From NCBI GenBank assembly GCA_965197725.1, contig CBDANQ010000057.1:64547-128546 (forward strand): DNA of 64,000 nt, written 5' to 3'. Each line of letters begins with the position of its first letter. The stretch's first letter is position 1. A program made the translations under genes and the position numbers. Shown here in pieces: positions 9,277 to 20,909 of the stretch. Source of the stretch: Longimicrobiales bacterium (lineage in GTDB: Bacteria > Gemmatimonadota > Gemmatimonadetes > Longimicrobiales > Gaopeijiaceae). Below the pieces are notes generated by a model. It searched no databases. It was not told where the DNA came from and was given only the letters and a program-made list of their open reading frames with translations.

Positions 9277-9690
9277 ATGGAAGTCGATCTCGCACTAATC
9301 GCCGATGCCGCGACGATCGATGGCTCGGGCAAGCTCAGCGTCCTCGGGATCTTCGATCGGATTGGCACGTCATCGTTTCCTGCGCGGCATCCTCGCATGG
9401 TGCTCGTCCTCCGGTTCATCGCGGCGCTGAACGAGACGGGTAAGCATCAGATCGGGATCACCCTGAAGGATCCCGCCGGGAAAGAGGTGGTGGGGGTAGA
9501 CGGGGAGATGCAGCTAGGTCCGGGACCGGTGGGCGGTGGCGGTGGGATTCGGGTTCCTCACGTGCTGCACTTGGACGGCCTGATTTTTCCCGTTCCGGGC
9601 CGGTACGCCTTCGACGTGCGCGTGGACGGGCAGCATCATGCTTCGGTGCCTCTGACCGTGTATGGACCGGAGTCCTCTGCCATGGCTTGA
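9277..9690 (+). CDS. DUF6941-like hypothetical protein
   Basis: LIADAA...GKLSVLGIFD...FPA and FPVPGRYAFDVRVDG pattern. Confidence 0.7.
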   Translation: MEVDLALIADAATIDGSGKLSVLGIFDRIGTSSFPARHPRMVLVLRFIAALNETGKHQIGITLKDPAGKEVVGVDGEMQLGPGPVGGGGGIRVPHVLHLDGLIFPVPGRYAFDVRVDGQHHASVPLTVYGPESSAMA

Positions 9691-9757
9691 TCCAGATGGT
9701 CCATGGGTGCCATCTCGAGCCGCTTGCAGAAACACTCTGGGGTGCCGATATGTAGAT

Positions 9758-10228
9758 ATGGGGAGAGGCCGCGCCATGGGGCGCGGATCACCCTCGGAGA
9801 ACACCGTGATCTTTCACTTCTCGTATGAAGAGCTGAGGGCCCTGCGGGCGGGCGCCGACGTTTTGCTGGAAGGGGCAGGCGTGGCGACGGGCGCGGTATT
9901 GGCGCCTTCGGAGAGCCGCGCCTGTGTCGAGGCGCTGCAGCCGCTCCTGCACGGTGACCTGTCGTTATCGACGCTCGAGGAGTTGTGGGGTGTGCAGACG
10001 GCGGTGACCGCCATCGTCGAATGCCTCAGAGCCGAGATGGAATCCGTCGTCGTGGCGATGCACGCCGCGGACGAGGGTGCCGTTGCCGCCTATTTTGACT
10101 TCGCCCACGCCTTCATCGTCTCGCACCGCATCGGCGAGCTGGTGGGTGAGATGGCGGCACTCATTGCACTCGTGACGGGGTCTCCTCCGACGAACGAGAC
10201 GGCGCGCGACTTCCAGTTCCCGGACTGA
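9758..10228 (+). CDS. Hypothetical protein
   Basis: ORF 9662-10228; start uncertain. Confidence 0.6.
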   Translation: MGRGRAMGRGSPSENTVIFHFSYEELRALRAGADVLLEGAGVATGAVLAPSESRACVEALQPLLHGDLSLSTLEELWGVQTAVTAIVECLRAEMESVVVAMHAADEGAVAAYFDFAHAFIVSHRIGELVGEMAALIALVTGSPPTNETARDFQFPD

Positions 10229-10235
10229 CTTCAGC

Positions 10236-10553
10236 GTGGCCCCGGACCGCGCGATAACGCTCGAGAAACTGCTCGAGCGCAATCCCGAGGATTCTCGGCT
10301 GCGCTTCGGCCTCGCGCTCGAATACCTGCGCGCAGGCAGATCCCGGGACGGCGTCCGGGAACTTCGCGCGTACCTCGCCGCTTCAGACGACGAGGGCAAC
10401 GCCTGGGGCCGCCTGGCGGCGGTGTTACTCGAGATGGGAGAGCACGAAGAGGCTAAGGACGCCTACCGTCGGGGGATCGAGGCTGCGTACGAGCACGGCC
10501 ACCCGACTATGGCAGAGGAATTCGAGCAGACGCTGGAAGGCTTGGACTCGTGA
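10236..10553 (+). CDS. Small TPR protein
   Basis: PEDSRLRFGLALEY...NAWGRLA...EAKDAYRRGI. Confidence 0.8.
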   Translation: MAPDRAITLEKLLERNPEDSRLRFGLALEYLRAGRSRDGVRELRAYLAASDDEGNAWGRLAAVLLEMGEHEEAKDAYRRGIEAAYEHGHPTMAEEFEQTLEGLDS

Positions 10554-11154
10554 TCGAGCCGAGGGAACTGACTGATTCGGCCGCGGGCTTCGAGGCGGAG
10601 GCGCTCCCGCATTTGGATGCGGTGTATCGCTTCGCCCTGAGACTCTGCGGCGCCCCGGACCAGGCAGAGGACCTCGTTCAGGAGACGTTCCTACGGGCCT
10701 ACAAGTCCTGGGGGCAGTATACCCGGGGTACGGGGCGGCCAAGAGCTGGTTGTTCACGATCTGCCGCAACGTGTTCTTGCGAGGGCGAGAGCGCCGTCAG
10801 CGACACGACGAGATCGTGACGGAGAACGTGGGGCGGGATGCTCCTGGGTCGAACCCGGTGAATCCGGTTTGGGTCTCGGCCCTGGGAGTGGACCCGGAGG
10901 GTGACTTCTTCGAGTCCATCGTGGACGCGCGCATCATCCAAGCGATCGACGATCTGCCCGAGGAGTACCGAACGGCGGTCGTCCTCTCCGATTTGGAGGG
11001 GCTTCCGTATGCCGATATCGCCGAACTGATGGAGGTTCCCGTGGGGACGGTGAAGAGCCGACTCTTCCGGGGGCGCAGACAGCTTCAGAGCGTACTGTAT
11101 GACTATGCGGTCGAGATGGGATACATCGCGGCGCGCGCTGGAACGGATGAATAG
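10550..11154 (+). CDS. ECF sigma-70 factor (SigH/SigR-like), frameshift near 10732
   Basis: AEDLVQETFLRA (region 2), KSWLFTICRN, EGLPYADIAELMEVPVGTVKSRLFRGR (region 4) split over two frames at a G-run. Confidence 0.9.
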
Positions 11155-11465
11155 TGTCGATGTCATTCCTGGATAGACTCAAGTCCCTCTTCGCAGACGC
11201 GCGCCAGGACGATGGCGGTTCGGCGCTGCCTATTATCTCTTGCGAAGAGGCGCTCAGCGTCGTTCACGACTTCTTGGACGGCGAGCTGCCGGATGTGTCA
11301 CAGAAGCAGATGAAGGCACACTTCGACGCTTGTCAGCGTTGCTATCCACACCTCCACCTAGAAGAGGTCTTTCGAGAGGCGATCCGCCGTGCGGGGACCG
11401 AGCAGCAAGCTCCCGCCGGGCTCAAAGTGAAGCTGATGGAGCTTCTTGCGGAGGCTGACACCTAG
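11154..11465 (+). CDS. Zinc-binding anti-sigma factor (zf-HC2, RsrA/RshA-like)
   Basis: SCEEAL...DFLDGEL...HFDACQRC (HxxxCxxC ZAS motif); directly downstream of the ECF. Confidence 0.88.
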   Translation: MSMSFLDRLKSLFADARQDDGGSALPIISCEEALSVVHDFLDGELPDVSQKQMKAHFDACQRCYPHLHLEEVFREAIRRAGTEQQAPAGLKVKLMELLAEADT

Positions 11466-11534
11466 CACGAACGTTGGGGCCGCGGAGCGGCTCCTCCCCG
11501 TTTTCAAGGGGCTGCCTATTGCCTGGGAGACGGA

Positions 11535-14060
11535 ATGGCTACGGCCCCCAAACGGGAACGGATTGTTCCTCGCCTCCTCGAAGAGGAGATGCGTGAGTCG
11601 TTTCTAGACTATTCGATGAGCGTGATCGTGCAGCGCGCTCTGCCCGATGTACGGGACGGGCTCAAGCCCGTACACCGCCGGATCCTGTACGCGATGTACG
11701 AGCTCGGATTGAACCCGGACCGACCGTACAAGAAGTGCGCGACCGTCGTCGGCGACGTGCTCGGTAAGTATCACCCGCACGGAGACTCCGCCGTCTATGA
11801 CGCGCTCGTGCGCATGGTGCAGGAGTTCTCGCTGCGCATGCCCTTGGTGGATGGACAGGGCAACTTCGGGTCGATCGACGGAGATTCGGCCGCGGCGTAC
11901 CGCTATACCGAGGCTCGACTGAGGGCGCTCGCGGTCGACCTTCTCGACGACATCCACAAGGAAACGGTCGACTTCCAGCCCAACTTCGACAATCAGCTCG
12001 AAGAGCCGATCGTGCTACCGGCTCGTTTTCCGAACCTGTTGGTCAACGGCTCCTCGGGCATCGCCGTCGGCATGAGCACCAACGTGCCGCCGCACAGCCT
12101 TCGGGAAGTCGCGGCAGGTGTTCGGCAGCTCGTCGTAGACCCCGGCTGCTCGATCGACGACCTCATGCGACACATCCCGGGGCCGGATTTTCCCACGGGC
12201 GGGTTCATCGTGGGGACAGAGGCCATCGGCAAATTGTACCGGGAGGGCCGCGGGAGGGTGATCATGCGAGGCCGCGCCGTGAGGGAGTCGCGCCGCGGCG
12301 GAAAGCAGCAGCTCGTCGTCACCGAGCTGCCGTACGCGGTCTCGAAGACCAAAATCATCGAGCAAATCGCGAAGCTGGCCAAGGCTGGGCGGGCCGAGGA
12401 GGTCTCCGACATCCGCGACGAGAGCGACCGCGACGGGATCCGTCTCGTGATCGAGCTGAAGCGGGGCGCCGATGCCGCGACCGCGCTGCGGATGCTGCAG
12501 CAGCGTACCAGCCTTCAGACTACGTTCGGCGCTCATCTGCTGGCGCTCGACAAGGGGCAACCGAGGGAGTTCGACCTCAAGCAGATGCTCGAGCGTTTCC
12601 GGGACCACCGACTCGAGGTAGTCCAGCGGCGCTCGCGTCACGAGCTCGAGAAAGCCGAAGCCGAGCGTCACATCGTAGAGGGGCTGTTGGCGGCGCTCGA
12701 GCGCATCGAGGAGGTCATCAAGATCATCCGCGGTTCGGAGAACCGTGCGGAGGCCTCGCACAACCTCCAGGATCGCTTCGGGCTGAGCGATGTTCAGGCC
12801 GATGCCATCCTCAACATGCGACTCGCCAAGCTGACCGCGCTCCAGCAGTCGCAGCTCACGAAGCGCATCGCGGAGCTCGAGGCGACGATCAAGGAGCTGC
12901 AGGAGATCCTTGGCTCCGAGGAGCTTCAGCTCGAAGTGATGCTCGAGGAGTTGGCCGAGGTCGTCAAGAAGTATGGGGATGCGCGGCGCACCGTGATTCT
13001 CGACGACCAGGAGAAGGAGCTCGAGACCACGTCGGTCGAGCAACAGCTCGCGGATGAGGACGTGGTCGTGACGCTCTCGCACGAAGGCTTCGTGAAGCGG
13101 ATCCCGATGCACCTATACCGGCGACGCGTAGGCTCAGGCAAAGCGCTCGCGGGTATGGAGCGGTACGAGGACGACTATATCGAGCGCATCTTCGTCGGCC
13201 GCACTTCGGGCTGGATTCTCACCTTCACCGCCAACGGCCACTGTCGCTTCCTGCCGGTAGTCGACGTGCCGGAGAGTGCTCGTGCGTCGCGAGGTCAGTC
13301 GGTCTACTCGCTGCTCGAGGGTGCGGATCGGAAAGACCGCATCGTGTCGATGATTCCGGTGGACGATCTCAATGTGGACGATCGTTACCTGGTCTTCGTC
13401 TCCCGACAGGGAGTCGTGAAGCGAACCCCGGTCTCGGAGTTCGCCAGCGTACGGGCTGGGGGCGTCAAGGCTGCAGGGGTGAAGGCCGGGGACGTTATCC
13501 TGGATGTTGCTCTGTCGGATGGGGCTGCGGAGGTCATGCTGCTCTCCCGGTCTGGGAGGGCGATCCGATTCCCCGAGGACGACATCACTGTCGTCGGTCG
13601 CACCGCACAAGGCGTGAAGGGCATGAGCCTCAAAGACGATGAGGTCGTGGGCATGGTGATGATTCGCCACGACAGCACTGTGCTCACCGTGAGCGAGGAC
13701 GGCTCGGGCAAGCGCACGCCGGTGTCCGACTTTCCGCTTCAAAAGCGTGGTGGCCTCGGCACCCTCGCGGTCTCCGGTGGAGCGGACCTTGCGCCGATCG
13801 TGTGCGCGCTCGAGGTGCTGGAGGCGGACGAGGTCATGATCGTCACGGCGAGCGGGCAGGTGACGCGAGCCGCGGCGGACTCGGTGCCGCTTCAGGGCCG
13901 GCGGACCCAGGGCCGGAGCATGACTCGCATCGAAGCGGGCGACAGAGTCGTCGAGGTCACTCGCGCCCAGGGGCGCGGCGGAGCACCGGCGCGCGACGAC
14001 GTTTCCACCGATGCGGATGGACAGCTCGACCTCCTCTCTGAGACAGGAAGGGAGAGTTGA
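11535..14060 (+). CDS. Type IIA topoisomerase A subunit (GyrA/ParC family; GyrA-box degenerate)
   Basis: [27 protein letters not shown], catalytic RYTEARL, C-terminal pinwheel repeats. Confidence 0.92.
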   Translation: MATAPKRERIVPRLLEEEMRESFLDYSMSVIVQRALPDVRDGLKPVHRRILYAMYELGLNPDRPYKKCATVVGDVLGKYHPHGDSAVYDALVRMVQEFSLRMPLVDGQGNFGSIDGDSAAAYRYTEARLRALAVDLLDDIHKETVDFQPNFDNQLEEPIVLPARFPNLLVNGSSGIAVGMSTNVPPHSLREVAAGVRQLVVDPGCSIDDLMRHIPGPDFPTGGFIVGTEAIGKLYREGRGRVIMRGRAVRESRRGGKQQLVVTELPYAVSKTKIIEQIAKLAKAGRAEEVSDIRDESDRDGIRLVIELKRGADAATALRMLQQRTSLQTTFGAHLLALDKGQPREFDLKQMLERFRDHRLEVVQRRSRHELEKAEAERHIVEGLLAALERIEEVIKIIRGSENRAEASHNLQDRFGLSDVQADAILNMRLAKLTALQQSQLTKRIAELEATIKELQEILGSEELQLEVMLEELAEVVKKYGDARRTVILDDQEKELETTSVEQQLADEDVVVTLSHEGFVKRIPMHLYRRRVGSGKALAGMERYEDDYIERIFVGRTSGWILTFTANGHCRFLPVVDVPESARASRGQSVYSLLEGADRKDRIVSMIPVDDLNVDDRYLVFVSRQGVVKRTPVSEFASVRAGGVKAAGVKAGDVILDVALSDGAAEVMLLSRSGRAIRFPEDDITVVGRTAQGVKGMSLKDDEVVGMVMIRHDSTVLTVSEDGSGKRTPVSDFPLQKRGGLGTLAVSGGADLAPIVCALEVLEADEVMIVTASGQVTRAAADSVPLQGRRTQGRSMTRIEAGDRVVEVTRAQGRGGAPARDDVSTDADGQLDLLSETGRES

Positions 14061-15204
14061 TGAAGTTCTTGGTGCTTGGTGGGGGCGCGCAGGGCTCCGC
14101 GTGTGCGTTCGACCTAGTGCGTCGCGAAGACGTGGAACACGTCATTCTCGTGGACGCGGACACATGCGGCTCCAGGGACTTTCTGCTGCCGTTCGTGGGT
14201 GGGAAACTCGAGCGACGCGTCGTAGATGCGAGGGACGCCGACCAGGTGCGAGGCGCGATGAGGGGTGTCGATGCCGTCGCGTGTGCGTTGCCATACTACT
14301 TCAATCTGGAGATGACGCGACTCGCGATCGACGTGGGCGCGCACGTCTGTGACCTCGGCGGCAACACTGAGATCGTCGACAAGCAAAAGGAGCTATCGGA
14401 CCTCGCCAAGGGAGCGGGCGTGTGCGCCGTGCCCGACTGCGGTTTGGCGCCGGGTATGGTGAACGTTCTCGCCCAGGGCGGAATCGACGTGATGGACGAG
14501 ACCGAGTCGGTTGAGATTTTCGTGGGTGGCCTACCTCAGAATCCCAAGCCGCCACTCAACTACCAAGTCGTCTATTCGATGGAGGGCGTGCTCGACTACT
14601 ACACGACGCCCGTGCTCGTGCTCGAGAACGGCGAAGTGGTCGAGAAGGAGCCTCTCACCGGAACGGAGACCGTGACGTTCGAGGCCCTGGGGGAGCTCGA
14701 GGCGTTCTTCACAGCGGGGGGGATCTCGCGCATGCCGTACCGCTATCAGGGCAAGGTCTCGTCGATGTCGTAACAAGACGCTTCGCTACCCAGGGCACGC
14801 GGCACTCATGAAGGCGATGCGGGACCTCGGGCTCATGGACCTCGAGCCCCGCCAGCTGAGCGGCGTGCCGGTCGTGCCGAGAGAGGTCCTCATCGACATC
14901 TTGAGTGAGCAGCTGCGCAGTCCGGAAGGCGACGATCTCGTCGCCATGCGCGTCATCGTGAAGGGGACGAAGGAGGGCGTACCCAAGACCGTCTCGTACG
15001 AGCTGGTCGACTACCACGATGAGGAAAACGGCGTCACCGCGATGATGCGCACGACCGGCTACTCGTTGGCCGCCACTGCGTATCTGCAGGCGTCCGGCGT
15101 CATAGCCGTGGGGGTGCATACGTGCTCGGAGGTGCGTGCCCGTCGACGACTACGTCGCCGATCTGCGGGGACGCGGAATGATGATCGAGCGGGCGGAGAG
15201 CTAG
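14057..15204 (+). CDS. Saccharopine dehydrogenase / lysine 6-dehydrogenase-like oxidoreductase, frameshifts near 14772 and 15133
   Basis: GGGAQG Rossmann motif, [28 protein letters not shown] across frames. Confidence 0.85.
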
Positions 15205-15229
15205 CAGCCTCTTGCGTAGTTCGCGCGTC

Positions 15230-16985
15230 CTAGTTCCGTCTGCCCATCGTCACCGTCAGCGTGACCCGCTCGCCGTCTCGCTCGACGACGATCTCCACGA
15301 TGTCGTCCGGCTTGGTGCCCTGCAGGGCATAGGTATAAGCGTAGATGTCGCCGACCGCCTTTCCGTCGAACTCGACGACTACGTCGCCGGCGCGCAGGCC
15401 GCTCTTCTCGGCGGGGCTCCCCTCCCGCACTCCGTTCAGTCTCAAGCCGAAGTCACGTGGGGTCATGTCAGGGATCGACCCCAAGTACGCGTCGCCGTAG
15501 CCGCTGCTCGACGATGAGCCGCCCGGTGCGGAGGGCTGGTCCTGCTCGAGAGCCGTCATGTACACGGTCTGCGCTCCACCAGCGGCGAGACGGCCTGTTA
15601 CCAGGGCCGTGAGCTCGGCAACACGGTGCAGACCGTCCGCGTTGATGCGTTGCCAATCGTCGGACGGTCGGTGGTAGTCCGCGTGAGTGTTGGTGAAGAA
15701 GTGCAGGACCGGGATCCCCTCCAGGTAGAAGGACTGGTGGTCTGAGGCGCCGTACCCATCGGGCGCCCGGGCGATCTCCAGGGGGCGGCTCATGTCCGCG
15801 CTCGCCAAGTCCACGATCCCGCCCCACTCCTCCGCGGTACCGAAGCCGAAGATGGTGACATTGTCTTCGGTCATGCGCCCGACCATGTCGAGGTTGAGCA
15901 TGGCCACGGCGCCGCCGATATCGAGGGTCGGGTCCATGACCCAGTATTGCGAGCCCCACAGCCCGCGCTCTTCACCCGTAAACGTCATGAAGAGAACGCT
16001 CCGGTCGGGGCGCGGGCCCGCGGCCAGCGCCCGGGCGATCTCGATCACCGCGGCGGTCCCGCTCGCGTTGTCGTCGGCGCCGTTGTGCACGTCGCGGGAG
16101 TCGGGCGCCAGCGAGCCCTCCCCCCCGAAACCGAGATGATCATAGTGCGCCCCGACGATCACGTACTCGTCTCGTAGCTCAGGATCACTGCCCGGTAGGA
16201 GGGCGACGACGTTGCGGGCCTCCATGGTCGTCGCGCTGACTTCGGTGACCACGTTCGCGCGCGAGGACGCGTTTGCGGCTGCGCGGATCTCGTCAGCCAC
16301 GTCCCCGCTCACGACCGCCACGGGGATGTCCAGGGTAGCCCGGATCTCTCCCCTCGAGTGACGGGAGCGGCATCCCCTCGGGGGCTAGCACCAGGAGGCC
16401 TGCTGCGTCCCGCCCAGCCATGACCGTCGCTTTGAAGTGCGGGGCGCCACGCAGCGAGCTGCCGTGCGCGTTATCGGGATCACCCCACTCGACCACGACG
16501 ATCTTACCCGTCAGGTCGATGTGCGCGTACCGGTCGTCCGGATTGCCCGGGCGGCTGAGGCCGTGTCCCCCGTAAAGGAGCTCGCGTTCGAACCGGCCGC
16601 TGGCCGAGAAGCCGAGCGGCGTCCATTCGCTTCCTAGGGCGTACTGAGTCCCGCCAATGACGAGTGCGTTCGCGTTCCCGCGCTCGGACCCATTTCGGAG
16701 TCGGAACGTTTGGAAGAAACTGCCGTCTCCGCCGGCGGGCTCGAGGCCCATCTCGCGGAACTCTGCGGCGATGTAGTCTGCGGCGCAGCGGGCGCCCCTA
16801 GATCCGACTTCACGGCCCTCGAGGCGGTCATCCGCAAGATACCGGATGTGCGCCATCGCCCGGTCCTCCACATTCGTGGCGTCGCCCGGAGTGGGGCACG
16901 TCTCCTGGGCGGAGGCGGGTGGGGCGAAAGCCAGCAACACGGCCGCGAACGCGGCTTCGACGTTTTTGAGCGACATCTGGGTCAT
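15230..16985 (-). CDS. Secreted M28-family peptidase with PA and PDZ domains, frameshift near 16350
   Basis: Signal peptide, [37 protein letters not shown] motifs; C-terminal PDZ ([13 protein letters not shown]). Confidence 0.88.
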
Positions 16986-17002
16986 CTGCGAAGGAAGCTT
17001 TC

Positions 17003-18088
17003 GTGAATCATCGAGTTCTGTTTCTGACGGCGGCGATCGGCCTCGTTTCCGCATCGTGCGCGAGTGAGGAGGCCGCCGAGGCGGCTTCCGAGTCGGCGGA
17101 GGCCACCGCTAATCTCGCGACTGAAGGCGAAACGCACATCCGTAATATCCGCCAGTTGACGTCCGGGGGCGAGAACGCCGAAGCCTACTGGGCTTTTGAC
17201 GGTTCGCGGCTGATCTACCAGGCCAAGAAACCCGGCGCGGAGTGCGACCAGATCTACATCATGGATCCGGGGACCGGCGATTCGCACCTGGTCAGCACGG
17301 GCGGGGGTCGGACCACCTGCTCGTACTTTTATCCGTCCGGGGACCAGATCCTCTATTCGTCGACCCACCACCACGACGCTTCGTGCCCCCTGAACCCCGA
17401 CTTCTCGTTGGGCTACGTGTGGCCGATCTACGACACGTACGACGTCTTCGTGGCGAACATCGACGGCTCCAACCTGCGCCAGCTGACCACGGAGGACGGG
17501 TACGACGCCGAAGCGACGTTCTCACCGACGGGGGATCGCATCGTCTTCACGAGCCTTCGGGACGGCGACCTGGAGCTCTATTCGATGGCTCCGGATGGGT
17601 CGGACGTGCGGCGGCTCACCGACCGCATCGGATACGACGGGGGTGCGTTCTATTCGCCGGACGCCTCGAAGATCATCTGGCGCGCACACTATCCCGAGCC
17701 GGGTCCCGAAGCCGACGACTACGTGGCGTTGCTGGAGGAGGGCCTGATCCGGCCGGGCGAACTCGACGTGTACGTCATGGACGCGGATGGGTCCAACCCG
17801 CGTCAGGTGACCGACGTTGGCGGTGCGAGCTTCGCGCCGTACTGGCATCCGGATGGGGACAAGATCCTCTTCAGCTCGAATCACCACGACCCCGCAGGCC
17901 GGGACTTCGACATCTACATGATCGACCTCGACGGCACGGGGCTGACGCGGATCACGCGCGCCGAGGGCTTCGACGGCTTCCCGGTGTTCAGCCCGGACGG
18001 GCGCTACCTGGTGTTCAGTTCGAATCGCAACAACGGTGGCACGAGCGACACCAACGTATTCATCGCGGAATGGGACGAAGGGGGTTGA
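17003..18088 (+). CDS. TolB-like/PD40 beta-propeller lipoprotein
   Basis: Lipobox ASC; repeats [32 protein letters not shown]. Confidence 0.88.
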   Translation: MNHRVLFLTAAIGLVSASCASEEAAEAASESAEATANLATEGETHIRNIRQLTSGGENAEAYWAFDGSRLIYQAKKPGAECDQIYIMDPGTGDSHLVSTGGGRTTCSYFYPSGDQILYSSTHHHDASCPLNPDFSLGYVWPIYDTYDVFVANIDGSNLRQLTTEDGYDAEATFSPTGDRIVFTSLRDGDLELYSMAPDGSDVRRLTDRIGYDGGAFYSPDASKIIWRAHYPEPGPEADDYVALLEEGLIRPGELDVYVMDADGSNPRQVTDVGGASFAPYWHPDGDKILFSSNHHDPAGRDFDIYMIDLDGTGLTRITRAEGFDGFPVFSPDGRYLVFSSNRNNGGTSDTNVFIAEWDEGG

Positions 18089-18683
18089 TCTCCAAGAACT
18101 GATCGAGCATACGGTAGGTGAGGCCCCAAACGACCTCGCCGGCCACGCGGTAGCAGGGGAATTCGCGCGGTCCTCCTGGCAGGGGGATCTCGACGGTCGA
18201 ACGCACGTCGGGCGAGCGTAGTTCACCTACTTGAATCCAGAACACTTCGGCCACCTCGGGGCTGGCGACGCAGGCTTTGGCTTCGTCGGCGATGCCGAAC
18301 ACAAAGGGCGTGACCATCAGACGCGGCAGTCTTGGCGACGCCGGGCCGAGGTCGCCGAGTCGGCCGAGCAGCCGCGCCTGCCACTCCAGATCGAGGCCGA
18401 CTTCCTCCATCGTCTCTCGGATCGCCGTCGCGAGCAGCGTCCCGTCGTCGTCGTCCCGACGTCCGCCCGGCAACGCCATGTGGCCCGACCACGGGTCACG
18501 TTCGGAGTCCGCGCGCTTGATCAGCAGCACCTCCAGCTCAGGAGTGCCCCGTACTATCAGCGCCACAGCCGCTTGCGGAGAATCCCCTTCTACGCCGAGC
18601 CTGTCGTCGCCGTCGTGCGTGTACGGCGCGAGGGCGTCGCTGATTACCACGAAACGCGGGTCGGTGTCAGACGCCCTTGGCAT
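18060..18683 (-). CDS. Nudix hydrolase, CoA pyrophosphatase type
   Basis: AAVALI, WSGHMALPGG...TAIRETMEEVG Nudix box, VWGLT. Confidence 0.88.
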   Translation of the reverse strand: MPRASDTDPRFVVISDALAPYTHDGDDRLGVEGDSPQAAVALIVRGTPELEVLLIKRADSERDPWSGHMALPGGRRDDDDGTLLATAIRETMEEVGLDLEWQARLLGRLGDLGPASPRLPRLMVTPFVFGIADEAKACVASPEVAEVFWIQVGELRSPDVRSTVEIPLPGGPREFPCYRVAGEVVWGLTYRMLDQFLEINPLRPIPR

Positions 18684-19335
18684 CGGCTCCCCAGATCAAT
18701 TTGTGCACCTGAAGCTGGAAGCGAACCGGGAGCCCGTCTCCCAGAATCCATCCCGCGAGCGCCGCCAGATCGATCTCACCCCACACGGGTGACACCAGTA
18801 GTGCCCGCAGGGAGCCGTCGTCTACGCGGGCGTCGAGGCCTCGCTCCCGAATCGTGGCGCGCGTCCATTCGTAGTCGGCCCGATCCTTCACGACGAACTT
18901 GACCTCGTCGCGCTCCGTGAGGTGGTCGAGATTCTCCCACAGGTTCCGAGCGCACTCCCCCGACCCGGGGCACTTGAGGTCCATGATCTTGTGCGCCCGA
19001 GCGTCGAGTGGCGCGACGTCGAAGGCGCCCGACGTTTCGACCAGCACCGTGTACCCGTCCTCCAGCAACATCTCGACGAGCGGAAACGCTCCCGGATGGG
19101 CCAACGGCTCACCACCAGTGACCTCCACGAGCTTCGCCGAGTGACCATGCACGGCATCCCGGATCTGCTCGAGGGTCATCTTCGTGCCGCCGTGGAACGC
19201 ATACTCGGTATCACACCACGCGCACCGCAGAGGGCACCCGGTAAGCCGGACGAACGTGCAGGGCAGACCGGCCCAAGTGGATTCACCCTGGACCGAGTGG
19301 AAGATCTCCGTGATGCGTAGGACGTCGCCGGCCAA
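18667..19335 (-). CDS. queE: 7-carboxy-7-deazaguanine synthase (radical SAM)
   Basis: EIFHSVQGE, GCPLRCAWCDT, TGGEPL, QLQVHKLIW. Confidence 0.9.
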   Translation of the reverse strand: MAGDVLRITEIFHSVQGESTWAGLPCTFVRLTGCPLRCAWCDTEYAFHGGTKMTLEQIRDAVHGHSAKLVEVTGGEPLAHPGAFPLVEMLLEDGYTVLVETSGAFDVAPLDARAHKIMDLKCPGSGECARNLWENLDHLTERDEVKFVVKDRADYEWTRATIRERGLDARVDDGSLRALLVSPVWGEIDLAALAGWILGDGLPVRFQLQVHKLIWGADAKGV

Positions 19336-19341
19336 GGTCAG

Positions 19342-19728
19342 TCAGGGCCTCTGTGTTTGGGGATGGTCGTGGGATCGGCGGCCGCGCTGGCGCCCGATCG
19401 CTTGTTCGAGCAAATCCTGAACGCGATGGAGCGACAGCGCCTTGAGATGCTCGTCTGCTTCCTCCGTAGTCCTGGCCTCCACGAGCGTCTCGGTCTCGAC
19501 GTGCCCGACGATGCCGACGCCGGTCTGTGCCCATCGGGGGAACACGAGATACCCACTGAACGGCGCCCGGAGGTTCCCGGTATGTTGGATTTCCATGGAG
19601 ACGGTGTAGGGGTGACCGTCGGTCCCCTCGTACGCCGGGGGACGGCTGTGAACAGCGAAGTAGCCGCCGAGTGAATGGTCGGCGACCTCGTCGTGATTCG
19701 CTTGGGAGTCAGGGCTGGCTTCGGACAT
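19342..19728 (-). CDS. Hypothetical protein
   Basis: 128-aa ORF co-oriented and adjacent to queE. Confidence 0.65.
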   Translation of the reverse strand: MSEASPDSQANHDEVADHSLGGYFAVHSRPPAYEGTDGHPYTVSMEIQHTGNLRAPFSGYLVFPRWAQTGVGIVGHVETETLVEARTTEEADEHLKALSLHRVQDLLEQAIGRQRGRRSHDHPQTQRP

Positions 19729-19871
19729 CTACGGGTCGTGAGAAGGGGTGAGGGCGAGCGCCCCGCCCGGCTATCAGCGATCGATGCTGGAGATCGCTGC
19801 TAGAAGATGGCGCATTCGGTGGCCACTCGCGCTAGACTTTCGCACCCACCGACCCTCAGGAGTCTTCACCG

Positions 19872-20909
19872 ATGCCTCGAAAGATGCGAGCCGCCCTATT
19901 CGCAAAGTACGGCGGTCCCGAGGTGGTCGAGATCGGCAAGGTCGCGATTCCCGAGCCCGGCGCAGGCGAGGTTCGCATCAAGATCGAAGCCTCCGCGATG
20001 AATCACCTGGACCTCTGGGTGCGCCGCGGCCTGCCGATCGAGACGCCGATGCCTCACATCGGAGGCTCCGACATGGCGGGTGTGGTCGACGCCGTTGGCC
20101 CGGGCTCGGAGGCGGTGCCGGTTGGGACGCGAGTGGTCGTCGATCCCTCGGTCGGGTACGAGTGGTACCTCGGACAGGGTCGTGGCCCGTCCATCGAGGA
20201 TCCGCGATTCCACATCCTCGGGGAGCACACGCAGGGCGGCTTCGCCGAGTACGCGGTTGTGCCCGCGGCCAACCTGCTCGAACTGCCCGAGGACTTCCCG
20301 GCCGAAAAAGCGGCCGCTGCCGGTCTGGTGTTCGTGACAGCGTGGCGGGCTCTCGTGACGCGAGCCCAGCTCCGCGCTGGTGAGCGGGTCCTGATCACCG
20401 GTGCGTCCGGTGGTGTCGGTACCGCGGCGATCCAGATCGCCGTGAGCGCGGGCGCCAAGGTCTACGCGTTGACCGGGGGTGAGGAGAAGGTGCGCTACGC
20501 GGAGGATCTTGGCGCGCACGTGGTCTACGACCGCCACAAGGTCGACTTCTCTCGTGAGGTGTGGAGGGACACTGCCAAGAGCGGCGTCCATGTCGTGTTC
20601 GACACCGTGGGTGAGTCGCTGTGGCCCCGGGCGCTGCGCACGCTCGCTCACGGCGGCCGGCTGGTGACGTCCGGGGCGACGACCGGGTCTCGAGGGGTAA
20701 CCGAGATCCGGCTCGTCTTCTGGAAGCAGCTCACGATCACGGGCAGCACGATGGGCAGCCCCGCGGAATTCCGTCAGGTAATGCGGCTCGTCTTTTCCGG
20801 TAGTCTGGAGCCGGTCATCCACGCGGTGATGCCGCTCGACGAGGCGCGCAAAGCCCACGAGATGCTGGAGGCTGGTGAGGTCTTTGGGAAGCTCGTTCTG
20901 GTGCCCTGA
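19872..20909 (+). CDS. MDR-family (zinc-binding dehydrogenase / quinone oxidoreductase-like) protein
   Basis: AMNHLDLW, TGASGGVG, FGKLVL. Confidence 0.9.
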   Translation: MPRKMRAALFAKYGGPEVVEIGKVAIPEPGAGEVRIKIEASAMNHLDLWVRRGLPIETPMPHIGGSDMAGVVDAVGPGSEAVPVGTRVVVDPSVGYEWYLGQGRGPSIEDPRFHILGEHTQGGFAEYAVVPAANLLELPEDFPAEKAAAAGLVFVTAWRALVTRAQLRAGERVLITGASGGVGTAAIQIAVSAGAKVYALTGGEEKVRYAEDLGAHVVYDRHKVDFSREVWRDTAKSGVHVVFDTVGESLWPRALRTLAHGGRLVTSGATTGSRGVTEIRLVFWKQLTITGSTMGSPAEFRQVMRLVFSGSLEPVIHAVMPLDEARKAHEMLEAGEVFGKLVLVP

